DNA of 64,000 nt from Polyangiaceae bacterium (GCA_036393165.1 DASVWO010000297.1:510-64509), one strand, 5' to 3'; shown: positions 1-10,189, counted from the stretch's first letter. Notes: generated by a model from the sequence alone, not told the origin. Numbers and translations: made by a program.

Positions 1-279
1 GCCGCTGTACACGAAGAAGCCGACGACCCCGAAGATGAGCAGCGGCAGGAGCGCCGACACGACCCCCAGGCCGGCACCACGGCGCACCGGCATCGCGATC
101 GACTGGGGACCGGGTTCCCCCGGCGCGATCACGATGATCGGCTGCACCGGCTGGGGAGGCGGCGTGGGCGCGCTGCCGGCGAGCGGGAAGCTCTGCTTGC
201 AGTACGAGCACGTGGCGACGGTCTGCCCGGGGTGTACCTGCGCGAGCGCGCCGCAGTTGGGGCAGTTCCACGGAGTCAT
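1..279 (-). CDS. zinc-ribbon membrane protein, partial (N-terminal part only; gene runs off the window)
   Basis: ATG at 279 on the minus strand. Translation is MTPWNCPNCGALAQVHPGQTVATCSYCKQSF (CxxC...CxxC), then a Pro-rich spacer and a hydrophobic segment LGVVSALLPLLIFGVVGFFVY. Strong G/C third-position bias. Absent from the ORF track because it has no stop inside the window. Confidence 0.5.
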   Translation of the reverse strand, partial: MTPWNCPNCGALAQVHPGQTVATCSYCKQSFPLAGSAPTPPPQPVQPIIVIAPGEPGPQSIAMPVRRGAGLGVVSALLPLLIFGVVGFFVYSG

Positions 280-446
280 GACGGCCGCTGCTGCATGATA
301 CCGGCTCCCCGGGAGCGACCGCTCGCGAACCGTTTCGCGAGCCTCGCGAGCCGCCGCGAACACATTCCGCGGGACGTGCGACGATTCGCGTGGCGCGAGA
401 AACTCATCCGGGAACGGCCGTTGCACCAGGCGCGGGCCTCCCCGCC

Positions 447-1430
447 ATGCGCTCCGCGTCCTTGGCAGCAGCGGCGACCGCAGTCGCCCTCTCGCTCGTC
501 GGCGCAGCGTGCGGCATGTCGCCCGGGTCCGAGGAGAGCGTCGGTCGAACGAGCTCCGCGTCCACGGTCGGCGGCTGCACCTGCGTCACGAGCGGGACGT
601 GCACCGACGAGACGTTCTCGAACGTGCCGGCCGATGGGGCTTACTACATCACGACGTTCGGCGGAGGGTCCGACACCCAGTCGATGGCGTGCGGCGGGAC
701 GGCCGACGGCACGTGGGCGTACGTCGCCGACGAAGCGCGCTTCGGGTGCGGCGCGAAGCTGCAGATATCGGCGAACGGCAAGAGCTGCGTCGCCCAGGTG
801 TCCGACTGCGGTCCGAACCGGTGCGTCGAACAGGCCGCGGCGAACAATGGCTGTGCGAGCAACTATCCGATCATCGACGCGAGTCCGTTCATCACGCAGT
901 ATCTCTTCGGCATCACGAGCTCGGGGTGGAGCGATCACACAGCAGTCACCGCGGTCCTCGTCGACAGCTCGACGGCGATCGGATGCCCCGGCGGGCCGGT
1001 GAACACGCCGCCCGATGCGGGGGCGTCGAGCAGCAGCAGCGGCAGCTCGAGCGGCAGCGGCAGCAACAGCGGAAGCAGCAGCGGTGGCAGCGGCGGCGAC
1101 GACGCGGGCGACAGCGGCTCGGGAGGCAGCAGCAGTGGCGGTAGCGCCAGCGGCAGCGGAGGGGGAAGCGGAGGAAGCAGCGGAGGATCCAGCGGTGGAT
1201 CGAGCGGCGGCACGACGAGCAGCGGGTCGAGCGGGGGTTCCAGCGGAGGAGTCGCCAGCAGCGGCGGCAGCACGGGTGACGACGGAGGAAACGCCCCGTC
1301 CAGCAGCGACTTCGGCCAGAACGGCGGCGCGGCGGGTTGCTCCGCCGGTGGGGACGGCCGCGCCGACACCATCTTCGGTCTCGCGATCGCCACGCTGACC
1401 CTCGCCGGCATCTCGCGGCGACGGCGCTCG
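447..1430 (+). CDS. secreted lipoprotein with suspected RlpA/barwin-like (DPBB) domain, long Gly/Ser linker and MYXO-CTERM-like tail; 3' end unresolved (no in-frame stop until 2279)
   Basis: Part of ORF 390..2279. Signal peptide plus lipobox MRSASLAAAATAVALSLVGAAC. Domain segment GAKLQISANGKSCVAQVSDCGPN...IIDASPF. About 90 aa of G/S linker. Tail GCSAGGDGRADTIFGLAIATLTLAGISRRRR. Translation after RRRR is Arg-rich junk that overlaps minus-strand genes. Confidence 0.6.
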
Positions 1431-1449
1431 CGGGCCACGCCCTGGCGGC

Positions 1450-1794
1450 TCACCCCGCTCCAGCGTCGGCGGCGCTCTCGTTTCGAGGGTCGCAGTCGTA
1501 GATGCCCTTGTCGCTCGTCCACGTGCCGCAGGGATCGAGCTGTCCCGTCGGTGCCGTCCACGACGGGATCTCGGGCGACGCGACGACGCGCACGCACCGG
1601 CCATGCTCGGCGAAAGCGTCCGGCGGGCACTGCGGGGCCGGAGCCGCCGAAGGCACGGCCTCGACGGTTTCGTCGCCGAGATCGGGAATCACCACCACCC
1701 GCGCGGCTGCCGGAGCCTGCACCATCTCGGCGGTGCCGCCGCCGCACGAGGCGAGCGCCAGGACGAGCCCGATCCGCTTCACGGCGCGACACAC
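1450..1794 (-). CDS. small hypothetical lipoprotein
   Basis: Inner part of ORF 1450..1860. GTG start gives MCRAVKRIGLVLALASCGGG (lipobox). High GC3. Lies 43 nt downstream of the preceding minus-strand gene. Confidence 0.55.
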   Translation of the reverse strand: MCRAVKRIGLVLALASCGGGTAEMVQAPAAARVVVIPDLGDETVEAVPSAAPAPQCPPDAFAEHGRCVRVVASPEIPSWTAPTGQLDPCGTWTSDKGIYDCDPRNESAADAGAG

Positions 1795-1837
1795 GTTTCT
1801 TGGACACGGCAGGACCCGGTGGCCCTTGGGCCCTTCG

Positions 1838-4102
1838 TCAAGGGCTCCGCACCCCGACACGCGCCGCCAGCTCGTCGCCTTTCCAGTGCTGCAGCTGCGC
1901 CCGCATCTCGGCGATCGACGCCGCGCCCGGCACGTTGTTCCTCGGAGTCGCGTACTCGAGCCGCTCGTTGTCGTCGGTCGAGATCAGCGCTGCGCGCGGG
2001 ACGTGCGCCTGGACGCACACGTCCTCCACGAATGCATCGATGGTGTCGTCGGCGAGGATCAGGTCGTCCAGGTCCGAGGCGGCTCGCGGGTGCGCCACGA
2101 GCGGGGCGAGCGACGAGACGAGCATGCCCTGCTCTCCGCGGACGAAGAACGCCCCGTGGGGGAAGACGGCACGCGCCGTCGCCATCTGGCTCGCGATGTC
2201 GACCAGCGTGGTGTGGTGCAGCTGGATCCACTGCGACAGCACGCCCCCTTCGCTCAAGCGTCCGGCCGCCGTGGCGTAGAACTCGCGGTTGTACAGGTTC
2301 GCCGCACCCGCGAACCAGATGCTCGTCAGCTCGATGGTCACCAGATCGTAGCGATCGCGGCCCACGAGCAGCAGGTTGCGCCCGTCCTCCTGCACGAGCC
2401 TCACACGCGTATCGCCGAGCACGCCGCGGTTGACGGTGGCGAAGAAGGAGCGCGCTGCCTCGGCGATGCCGGGCGACAGCTCGGCGACGTCGATGCGGGC
2501 GAACGGATAGTCCGAGAGGGCGGCCAGCGTCGTGCCCGTCCCGAGCCCGACGACGAGCGCCCGGTCGAAGCGCGGCACGAACATCGCAGGAACGTCCGCG
2601 AAGCCCCGCTGCGCCTGCATCTGAGGACCGTCGTCCCCCTGGTACTTGCCGTTGGTCCAGAGCGTGTGTCGCCCGGCGGCTTCCGTGACGGTGACGACGC
2701 CGCCGTGCACGTCCTCGTGCACCCATGCGACGCGGCCCTGCTCGGGCTGGGGCGCGAAGTACACGTTGGCGCCGCTCGCGAGACGCGCGAGGTCCCAGCG
2801 CGGGGCCAGCACGAGGGCGCCAACCGTGGTGGCCGACAGAACGAGCACGGTTCGTGATCGGACACCTGCGACGACGAGCGCCGCCGCGACGTAAGCGAAC
2901 GCGATCCCTGCACACGCACGTTGGGACCCCAGCGCCGGCAGAAGGACGTAGCCGCCGAGGACGGACCCCGCCACCGAGGCCACGGTGTTCACGGCGGTGA
3001 CGCGACCCGTCTGCGCGCCGCGATCCGGCCGGGGAGCAAGGGACGAGAGCACGAGCGGGAACGTCGTCCCCATGCAGGTGGCGGGGACTCCGATGGCCAT
3101 CGCCGCCACCACGCCGCGAACGGCTTCCCGCCCCGTCCATGTCGCGACGGATGGACCGAACCCGACGAACACCTCCGGCAGGCGATCCCACACAGGCAAC
3201 GTCGCCGCCAGCGCGAGCCCGGACATCGCGAGGCTGACTGGCAGCGCCCCATCCCGCGCCTTCCGTTCGAGGAGGCGGGATACGCTCGCACCGGCCGCCA
3301 GCGCGACCAGGAACACGGCGAGCACGAGGCCGAAAACGTAGACGCTCGTGCCGTCCACGAGGGCGAGCAGGTGGACGAACACCACCTCGCCCGCGAACAC
3401 GAAGAGTCCGGACGCAGCGGCGGCGACGAAGAGCGACGTCGGCAGCGGCTTCACGGTGACTCGGTTCGCGTCGGCCGGCGTCGCATCCGCGGGGACCTCC
3501 CCGGCACGCGAGAGAGCGATCGCGGCGACGCCGATGGCGACGCTCACGCACGCGCCCGCCCGCAAGCTCATCGAGAGGCCGAGGGTGGGGATGATCACGT
3601 ACGCGCCGAGCAGGGAGCCGATGGCGCCTCCCGCCGTGTTCGCCCCGTAGAGCAGCGCGACGCGCGACGCTGCCACGCGCGCGACCAGCGGCAGCGTGGC
3701 TCCCATCGCGAGCGTCGGCAGCAGGACTACGGCGCCCGCGAGCCCTCCGCGAATCACCTCGAGCACCACCAGTGACGAGGCGCCGGCAGCGACTCCGACG
3801 TACAGGCGCGCGACGCCGGCGAAGAGCCACGGCGCCAGGGCGCAGGCGACGCCCACGGCGATCTCGAGCCCGCCATACAGGAGGAGCGGCCTGCGGATGC
3901 GCGCGTCCCACCTCGCGATCAGCGCCGCGCCGAGCGCCAGGCCCGCCATGAAAGCGACCAGCACGGCGCTCGACGCGTGCGCCGTCGCGCCGAACGTGAG
4001 CGACAGGTACTTGAAGAAGATGACCTCATCGAGCAGTCCCACCGCGCCCGACGCCAGATACAGCGCGGCGAGGGGCCAGCGCAGACGTGCCACTCCTGTC
4101 AC
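1838..4102 (-). CDS. fused polytopic membrane / spermidine synthase-like protein
   Basis: ORF 754 aa. Multiple N-terminal TM helices. C-terminal class-I methyltransferase/spermidine-synthase-like segment VVGLGTGTTLAAL...DLVTIELTSIWFAGAANLYNREFY. Confidence 0.8.
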   Translation of the reverse strand: MTGVARLRWPLAALYLASGAVGLLDEVIFFKYLSLTFGATAHASSAVLVAFMAGLALGAALIARWDARIRRPLLLYGGLEIAVGVACALAPWLFAGVARLYVGVAAGASSLVVLEVIRGGLAGAVVLLPTLAMGATLPLVARVAASRVALLYGANTAGGAIGSLLGAYVIIPTLGLSMSLRAGACVSVAIGVAAIALSRAGEVPADATPADANRVTVKPLPTSLFVAAAASGLFVFAGEVVFVHLLALVDGTSVYVFGLVLAVFLVALAAGASVSRLLERKARDGALPVSLAMSGLALAATLPVWDRLPEVFVGFGPSVATWTGREAVRGVVAAMAIGVPATCMGTTFPLVLSSLAPRPDRGAQTGRVTAVNTVASVAGSVLGGYVLLPALGSQRACAGIAFAYVAAALVVAGVRSRTVLVLSATTVGALVLAPRWDLARLASGANVYFAPQPEQGRVAWVHEDVHGGVVTVTEAAGRHTLWTNGKYQGDDGPQMQAQRGFADVPAMFVPRFDRALVVGLGTGTTLAALSDYPFARIDVAELSPGIAEAARSFFATVNRGVLGDTRVRLVQEDGRNLLLVGRDRYDLVTIELTSIWFAGAANLYNREFYATAAGRLSEGGVLSQWIQLHHTTLVDIASQMATARAVFPHGAFFVRGEQGMLVSSLAPLVAHPRAASDLDDLILADDTIDAFVEDVCVQAHVPRAALISTDDNERLEYATPRNNVPGAASIAEMRAQLQHWKGDELAARVGVRSP

Positions 4103-4117
4103 GCGCCGGAGCTTAGA

Positions 4118-4618
4118 TCAGTTGCGCCCGTCGGCGCGCGCGACCACGTCGCCCGCCGTTTCCGGCCAGAAGCCAGGGCCCGGACCGCGCGACGACACGA
4201 GGGCGCGCTCGAACTCCTCCATGGTGCCACCCATGCGCAGGAGCGCGTCGCGGTCGGCGAGCGTCTCGATCATCGGCATGAGCCCCACCTCGTCGCCCTC
4301 CACGTGGCGCTCGAACACGGAGTCGAGGCGCGCGATGGCGATCCCGAAGCTCGTCTCGTCCTCGATCCCGCCGATGACGCCGAGAAGCGAATCGAGGGCG
4401 CGCTCGATCTCGAGCGCGAGCCCGCGCACGCCCAGCAGCTGCTCGGCGTACGGATAGAGAACGAGCTGCTCGACCGTCGCGTGCGCCACGAGCTCCTCGG
4501 CCAGCTGCACCACACGCGGGCGGCGGCAACGTGCATCGACCTGGAGCGTCGCGATGCGGCCCTCGATGCTGCGGTGCCGTCGACGCAGGATGTCCGTGAT
4601 GGGCGCGGCTTGGACCAT
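4118..4618 (-). CDS. hemerythrin (HHE cation-binding) domain protein
   Basis: ORF 166 aa. Pattern H...AHATVEQLVLYP...FERHVEGDE is typical of hemerythrin-like four-helix proteins. Confidence 0.65.
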   Translation of the reverse strand: MVQAAPITDILRRRHRSIEGRIATLQVDARCRRPRVVQLAEELVAHATVEQLVLYPYAEQLLGVRGLALEIERALDSLLGVIGGIEDETSFGIAIARLDSVFERHVEGDEVGLMPMIETLADRDALLRMGGTMEEFERALVSSRGPGPGFWPETAGDVVARADGRN

Positions 4619-4675
4619 GCGGGGGCTCTTGGCTCACCCTGCTTGCATCGAGCGTTCCGCCTCCCTGCTCGAGGT

Positions 4676-5974
4676 TCAGCGGACGTGCACGGGGAGCGCA
4701 CGCGACCAGACACCCCCGAGCACGTCGTAGGCGCGGACCAGCACGACGCGTCGACCGGCGCGCTCGTAGCGATGCTCGCACGCGAGCGGCAGGGGCCGCG
4801 CTCCCTGCCGCGCGAGACACGAAGCACAGCGCAGCAGCTTCCCCTCGTGCTCCCAGTCCACGCACCACCCGTCGAGCCACTGGGACCAGTGCTTCACGCC
4901 CACGGCTGCGCCAGAGGCACGCGCGCGCGCTGGAGGCGCGAACGAGGTGATCTCGACGTGGCAGCGTTTGCCGTCGAGGCGTGCGCGCGCACGGAGCGCT
5001 CCCGCCGACCGCGCGCCGTCCACCTCGAGCACGAACGGCGCCGTGGAGGGGAGCCGGAGCAGTCGCCGGCGCGTCGCGTGCACCGCGACCGGCGAAGCGT
5101 CGCACGCGATCCATCGCCTCCCGAGCTTCTCGGCGACGACCGCGGTCGTCCCCGACCCGGCGAACGCGTCGAGCACCAGGTCCCCCGGGTCGCTCGACGC
5201 GGCGACGATGCGGGCCAGAAGCGCCTCGTTCTTCTGCGTCGGGTAGCCGACCTTCTCGCCGGAGAAGGACATGATCTGGATGCTGTCGAGGCGATCGGCC
5301 TCGCTGGCGTTCCAGACGTCCTCCAGGGGGTGCCCCTTGCCGCGTGGCGGAGAGCCGTCGCGGCGTGCGTAGCCGGGCGGGTACGGCACGTACGCCTTGT
5401 GAAACGTGCGGGGCCGGCCGCCCTTCGCGTAGAAGAGAATCGTGTCGTGATTGCGGATCCAGCTGCGCGCCTGTGACTTGAAGCCGCTGATCCAGCCGAT
5501 GCGCCACACGATCTCGCGCTGGAAGGCGGAGGCACCGAAGATCTCGTCCAGCACGACCTTCGCGTAGTGCGCCACGTGAGCGTCGAGATGCACGTAGAGG
5601 CTGCCGCCGTCGGCGAGGAGCCTCCGAAGAAGCGAGGCGGTGTCGGCGAACATCGCCAGCCACCCGTCGAGGTCGCCCGCATCACGGTAAGCCGGTACGG
5701 CGACGCGAGCCTCCTTCGGCGCCCCGGGGATCGACGCCAGGTAGTCGAACGAGCCGCCGGTCCCGTACGGAGGATCCACGTAGACGAGCGCCACGCGGCC
5801 TTCGTGCTCCGGCAGCAGGCTCGCGAGCACCCGGCGCGCCTCCCCGAGGACGAGCCGGTTGCGCCACGCGCCGCTCTCGCCGGCGTCGCCGTGGATCTCG
5901 TCGATCCTCAGCGACGCACGACGCGCGGCGCGCGCCGCTCCCTCGCGCTTGCCTTTCCAGAGAAGCTCCGGCAC
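4676..5974 (-). CDS. site-specific DNA methyltransferase, beta-class (Mod-like, probably N6-adenine), with extra Cys/Trp-rich C-terminal domain
   Basis: ORF 432 aa. N-terminal LLWKGK. Motif IV VYVDPPYG comes before motif I LDAFAGSGTTAVVA. About 110 aa of unassigned C-terminal extension. Confidence 0.85.
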   Translation of the reverse strand: MPELLWKGKREGAARAARRASLRIDEIHGDAGESGAWRNRLVLGEARRVLASLLPEHEGRVALVYVDPPYGTGGSFDYLASIPGAPKEARVAVPAYRDAGDLDGWLAMFADTASLLRRLLADGGSLYVHLDAHVAHYAKVVLDEIFGASAFQREIVWRIGWISGFKSQARSWIRNHDTILFYAKGGRPRTFHKAYVPYPPGYARRDGSPPRGKGHPLEDVWNASEADRLDSIQIMSFSGEKVGYPTQKNEALLARIVAASSDPGDLVLDAFAGSGTTAVVAEKLGRRWIACDASPVAVHATRRRLLRLPSTAPFVLEVDGARSAGALRARARLDGKRCHVEITSFAPPARARASGAAVGVKHWSQWLDGWCVDWEHEGKLLRCASCLARQGARPLPLACEHRYERAGRRVVLVRAYDVLGGVWSRALPVHVR

Positions 5975-5986
5975 CGAGGCCGTAGC

Positions 5987-7303
5987 TTACTTGCCGATGT
6001 AGGAACCGAGGTCGCGCTCTTCGCTCACGGCGCGGAGCTTCTTCAGGGCCGCCGCCTCGATCTGCCGCACGCGCTCGCGCGACAGATTGAACGACTTGCC
6101 GACCTCCTCGAGCGTCTGCCCGGGGCCGCCGTCCATGCCGAACCGCAGCTTGAGGAGCTGCTGCTCGCGCGGGGTCAGAAGGTCGAGCAGGGCGCGCGTC
6201 TGCTTCTGCATACGCTCGGTCGCGATCTGCTCGTCGGGCGCCGGCGCGCGCGTGTCGGCGACGAGATCGCCGAGCTGGCCGCCGTCGCCATCGTCGCCCA
6301 GGGGCGCCTCGAGGCGGAGCGGCTCGCGCACCAGGCCACGAATCGCCTTCACCTTGTCGAGCGGCAGCCCGCTCTCCTTGGCCAGACGCTCGTCGCTCGG
6401 CTCGCGGATCCCCTGCTGGAGCAGCGTGCGGCGCACGCGCTCGAGCTTGTGACGGCTCTCGAGCAGGTGCACCGGGACGCGGATGGTCTTGCTCTGGTCG
6501 GCGATTGCGCGCGCCATGGCCTGGCGCACCCACCACGCGGCGTACGTGGAGAACCGGTGGCCACGGCGCCAGTCGAACTTCTCGACGGCGCGGATGAGGC
6601 CGAGCTGGCCTTCCTGCACGAGGTCGTGCATGTCGAGGCCCTGGCCGACGAAGCGGCGCGCGTAGGTGACGACGAGACCGAAGTTGGCCCCGACGAACTC
6701 GTGCTGCGCGCGCGAGGACGCGTTCATCCCACGGACGAAGCCGCGGCGCGCCCGGTCGTCCGCACCCTTGCTGCGCGCCTCGCGAGCCAGACGGGTCAGC
6801 GCCGTGCGCTCGAAACGCGCCTCGGCGAGCTCCATGGCCACGCGATCGCGGCGGCGGCGGCGGCGCTCGCGCGTCCGCTCGTCACGCGTGGGCTTGGAGC
6901 CGATGGCGGCCGCGCTGGCGGCACGCTCGAGCACCTTGGCGAGCTTCTCGGAGCCCGCATCCGCGTCGGCACCCTCCTCGGCATTGCGCAGGAGCTCGGA
7001 CGGCAGAGCACGCCCGTTGCGAACCTCGTCCGCGAGCGAGCGCAGAGGCCCGGCGACAGACGGCGACCCCAGCAGCGCGTAGAGCGCGTCCCGCTCACCC
7101 GTTTCGATGCGACGGGAAAGTTCCACCTCTTCCTCGTGCGTCAGCACGCGGCGTCGAGGCGGACGCACGGGCAAATGGCTGGCGGCAGGCGTCCGGTCGT
7201 TGGCGGGCGCGCCGGGGGGGGCTGCGAGTGTCTCGAGCCCGAGCAATTCCTGGCTATCGAGATCCTCTCGCTTCGGGGCGAGGGCGGAGTTGGGAAGGTT
7301 CAC
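5987..7303 (-). CDS. RNA polymerase sigma factor, RpoD/SigA family
   Basis: ORF 438 aa. Region 2 [29 protein letters not shown]. Region 4 [28 protein letters not shown]. Confidence 0.9.
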   Translation of the reverse strand: MNLPNSALAPKREDLDSQELLGLETLAAPPGAPANDRTPAASHLPVRPPRRRVLTHEEEVELSRRIETGERDALYALLGSPSVAGPLRSLADEVRNGRALPSELLRNAEEGADADAGSEKLAKVLERAASAAAIGSKPTRDERTRERRRRRRDRVAMELAEARFERTALTRLAREARSKGADDRARRGFVRGMNASSRAQHEFVGANFGLVVTYARRFVGQGLDMHDLVQEGQLGLIRAVEKFDWRRGHRFSTYAAWWVRQAMARAIADQSKTIRVPVHLLESRHKLERVRRTLLQQGIREPSDERLAKESGLPLDKVKAIRGLVREPLRLEAPLGDDGDGGQLGDLVADTRAPAPDEQIATERMQKQTRALLDLLTPREQQLLKLRFGMDGGPGQTLEEVGKSFNLSRERVRQIEAAALKKLRAVSEERDLGSYIGK

Positions 7304-7586
7304 GTTTTTCTTGCTTTAGGATGCCGAGCCGGGGGGTAGGGTCGCGCGGGACTTGGGGCAACAGGCCCCTGGTCCCAGGGGTCCACCCCGCGGAGGGTGT
7401 ACGTTAAGCACGCAGGGGCGTTTCGCCATGCCCCACGTTCGGGACTTTTTCAAGTCTCATCACGCGGGAACGGACCCGGCAGTCATGAAATATCGCTGGG
7501 TTACATTATTCTGTTTGTGTGGCGGGGCCCCTCCCCCGCCACTCCCCGTTGGCATTTCTTCGTCGTGGCCGCGTCACAATTTCGCG

Positions 7587-8870
7587 TCAGCGTTTCGTCA
7601 CGATGAGATGGGCGTGCGAGTCCTTGTCCGGGTACCCGTAGCGGAACGGCAGATCCCGGCTGGGCTGAGCGGCGAAGAGCTTCTTGAGGTCGTCGGCGTC
7701 GCGCTTGTCGGGGTCGCCGAAGGGTGAGGGTCCGTCGAAGGTCCCGTACGTCTCCTGCGTGAAGCCGGCAGGAGCGGCGATGCGGGGCGGAAGACCGGTC
7801 GAGTCCGAGATCATCCAGTCGGTGTGTTCGACCAGCCAGCCGCGGATGAGCGAGAAGTGGTCGTTCCACAGCAGGTGCGTCGCCGCCTTCGTCATCGCCG
7901 AGACCTTCGCCCCACGCGCCGTCAGGTACGCCAGCAGCGACGGGTCGGCCTTCAGGTGCACGTCGTCGAGGTTGAAGCTCACGTGGCGAAGCACCTGCAC
8001 CGGCGCGTCGGCCACTCCGGCGCGCCTGAAGCGCAGCTCCGCGTTGGCGAAGAGGGCGTGACGGTCCCCCGGCCTCTTGGCGGCATCGATGTCCGCCTGC
8101 GTGACGTACGCGAGCGATCCATCGGCCTTGAGCCGGAAGTACCTCAGGCTGACGGGCTCTTCTCCGTGCACCACGAGGGCCGCGAGATCGAAGACGATCT
8201 CTCCGGGCAGCTCGGTCTTCGACTCTTTCTCGAGATTCTCGGTCCGCGAGTGCGCCTTCTCGAACAGCCGCTCGAGATGGGCCCGGTGAACCGCGAGCTC
8301 GTGCGCGAGGAAATCCGGGGCGAGACGGTCGATCGGCCTGATGTCGCCGGCGGGCTCGAGCGAGATCGTCGTGATCTCGCTGGCGTCCGGGAACGTCGCC
8401 AGTGCGCTCACCAGGTCCCCGCCGCCGAACGGATACACGACGACCCCCGGCAGCTCCTTGGGACGGAGCGCCGCGATGAAGGGCTCCGCGACGTCCACCC
8501 AGCTCTTCTTGTAGTCCGCGTAAGCCCGCGAGAGCTCATCGCAGTGCTTCGCCACAACGTTCGCATCGAACCGCGCTGGCAGGTCCCCCGACGCCCCGCA
8601 CGCCGCCACCCGATAGAGCACCTTCGCCTGCGCGACGAAGTCGAGCCCCTCGAGCGGCGGATCCGGGGTCGCGGCCGTGGTCGCGGTCCCGGTCGGGGTC
8701 GGGGTCGGGGTCGCGGTGGCGGTCGCCATCGCGGACCCGGACCCGGATTCGGCCGCGGTGACGGCCGCGGGGGCGGTCGCCGGGTTCGCCGTCGACGACG
8801 CCGACGTCGTCTCCGGCGCCTTCGCGCACGCCGCCCCCAGCGCCAGCGCGACCATCCACCCCATCCTCAT
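7587..8870 (-). CDS. hypothetical lipoprotein with Thr/Pro/Ala linker
   Basis: Inner start of ORF 7587..8996 gives MRMGWMVALALGAAC (lipobox). Its ATG overlaps the stop of the upstream permease (ATGA at 8867-8870). Linker ATATATPTPTPTGTATTAATP. No family recognised. Confidence 0.7.
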   Translation of the reverse strand: MRMGWMVALALGAACAKAPETTSASSTANPATAPAAVTAAESGSGSAMATATATPTPTPTGTATTAATPDPPLEGLDFVAQAKVLYRVAACGASGDLPARFDANVVAKHCDELSRAYADYKKSWVDVAEPFIAALRPKELPGVVVYPFGGGDLVSALATFPDASEITTISLEPAGDIRPIDRLAPDFLAHELAVHRAHLERLFEKAHSRTENLEKESKTELPGEIVFDLAALVVHGEEPVSLRYFRLKADGSLAYVTQADIDAAKRPGDRHALFANAELRFRRAGVADAPVQVLRHVSFNLDDVHLKADPSLLAYLTARGAKVSAMTKAATHLLWNDHFSLIRGWLVEHTDWMISDSTGLPPRIAAPAGFTQETYGTFDGPSPFGDPDKRDADDLKKLFAAQPSRDLPFRYGYPDKDSHAHLIVTKR

Positions 8871-10189
8871 CGAGCCCTCTCCTTGCGGCGTCCCGCCATC
8901 GTGAACGCAACGTAGGCTGGAATTCCCGTCGCGACGACGGCAACCGCACCGAGCACCGGCCGCGCCCCGCTCGCCAGCACGTTCCACAGCACCCACACGT
9001 TCGCCGCGATGAACGCGACGGGCACGAGGGGATACCCCGGCACGCGGAACGGCCGCGCCGCGTCCGCCCTCCGCACGCGCAGCACCAGCACGGCCGCCAC
9101 GGTCAGCGTCGAAAACGCCAGCATCGCCGACGTCGCGAAGCTGAGGAGCTCCTCGAATCGCCCGCTCAGCAGCTCGACGAGCGCGATCGCGGCCTGCGCC
9201 ACGAGGGCGATCGCCGGCACCTGCTCCTTGCCGTGCACCTTGCCGAGCGGGGAGAAGAACACGCCGTCGACCGCCATCGCCCGGTAGATCCGCGGCCCGA
9301 CGAGCACCGACGCCTGCATCGACGAGAGCACGCAGAGCGCCACGAGAGGCATCAGCATCGCCGTCGCCGTCTGGCCGCCGAGCGCCAGCGCCGCGGCCCG
9401 CGCCGGCTCCTCGCTCGCGGCGAGGTCAGCCATCGACAGCCCCCGCAGGTACACGGCGTTGACCGCGACGTAGAGCGCCACGCACAGGCCAGTGCCGAGC
9501 GCCAGGGCCCGGCCGAGCGCCCGGGTCGGGTCGCGCATCTCGCCCGTGACGTACGTCGCCGCGTTCCACCCGCTGTACGCGAAGAAGACCGGGATGAGCG
9601 CCGACGCGACGCCTCGCGCCGAGTCCCCCTCCACGAAGAGCGGCGTGAGCCCGCCGCTTGCACGGTGGCGCACGAGCGCCCCCAGCGCGAGCAGCCCGGC
9701 GAACGCGAGCAGCTTGGCGCCCGAGAGCACGTTCTGCGTCCACTTGCCCGGCCGCAGTCCGGCGATGTTCACCGCGGTGAGCGCGACGATCGCCGTCGCC
9801 CCGAGCGTGACCTCCGCCACGCGGCCCGAGACGCCCAGCATCGACGCCATGGTCGCGCCGAAGCCCGCGGCCAGCGCCGCGATTGACCCGGGGAACGCCA
9901 CCCAGAAGCTCGTCCACCCGCTCAGGAACCCGAGAGGCGGGCCGTACGCCTCGCGCAGGTAGACGTATTCGCCTCCCGAGCGCGGGTAGAGGCCCCCGAG
10001 CTCTCCGTTGCTCAGCGCACCGGCCAGGGCGATGGCCCCGCCGAGCAGCCACGTCCCGAGAAAGGCGGCCGGCGATCGCACCGCCATCGCCACCGCCTGG
10101 CTGACGAGGAAGATGCCGGCGCCGACGATGCTGCCGACGACGATGAACGAGGCGTCGAGCACGCCCAGGCCACGCCGGTCCTCGTGCAT
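8867..10189 (-). CDS. APC-family amino acid permease
   Basis: ORF 440 aa, about 12 TM. N-terminal GVLDASFIVVGSIVGAGIF is typical of amino-acid/polyamine/organocation transporters. Confidence 0.85.
   Translation of the reverse strand: MHEDRRGLGVLDASFIVVGSIVGAGIFLVSQAVAMAVRSPAAFLGTWLLGGAIALAGALSNGELGGLYPRSGGEYVYLREAYGPPLGFLSGWTSFWVAFPGSIAALAAGFGATMASMLGVSGRVAEVTLGATAIVALTAVNIAGLRPGKWTQNVLSGAKLLAFAGLLALGALVRHRASGGLTPLFVEGDSARGVASALIPVFFAYSGWNAATYVTGEMRDPTRALGRALALGTGLCVALYVAVNAVYLRGLSMADLAASEEPARAAALALGGQTATAMLMPLVALCVLSSMQASVLVGPRIYRAMAVDGVFFSPLGKVHGKEQVPAIALVAQAAIALVELLSGRFEELLSFATSAMLAFSTLTVAAVLVLRVRRADAARPFRVPGYPLVPVAFIAANVWVLWNVLASGARPVLGAVAVVATGIPAYVAFTMAGRRKERAR

Noticed and set aside
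4676-5974. Restriction-modification (type III) defence system
   Set aside because: No Res, helicase or endonuclease gene flanks the methyltransferase. The neighbours are a sigma factor and a hemerythrin. It is treated as an orphan methylase.
7304-7586. Small ORFs (7353..7727, 7397..7606) and a short CCCCTGG..CCAGGGG palindrome in the 283-bp region upstream of the sigma factor gene
   Set aside because: The ORFs have poor coding bias and overlap the neighbouring gene. The palindrome is short (7 bp, 2-nt spacer). The region is most simply the sigma-gene promoter and leader. There is not enough evidence for a ncRNA or a specific site.
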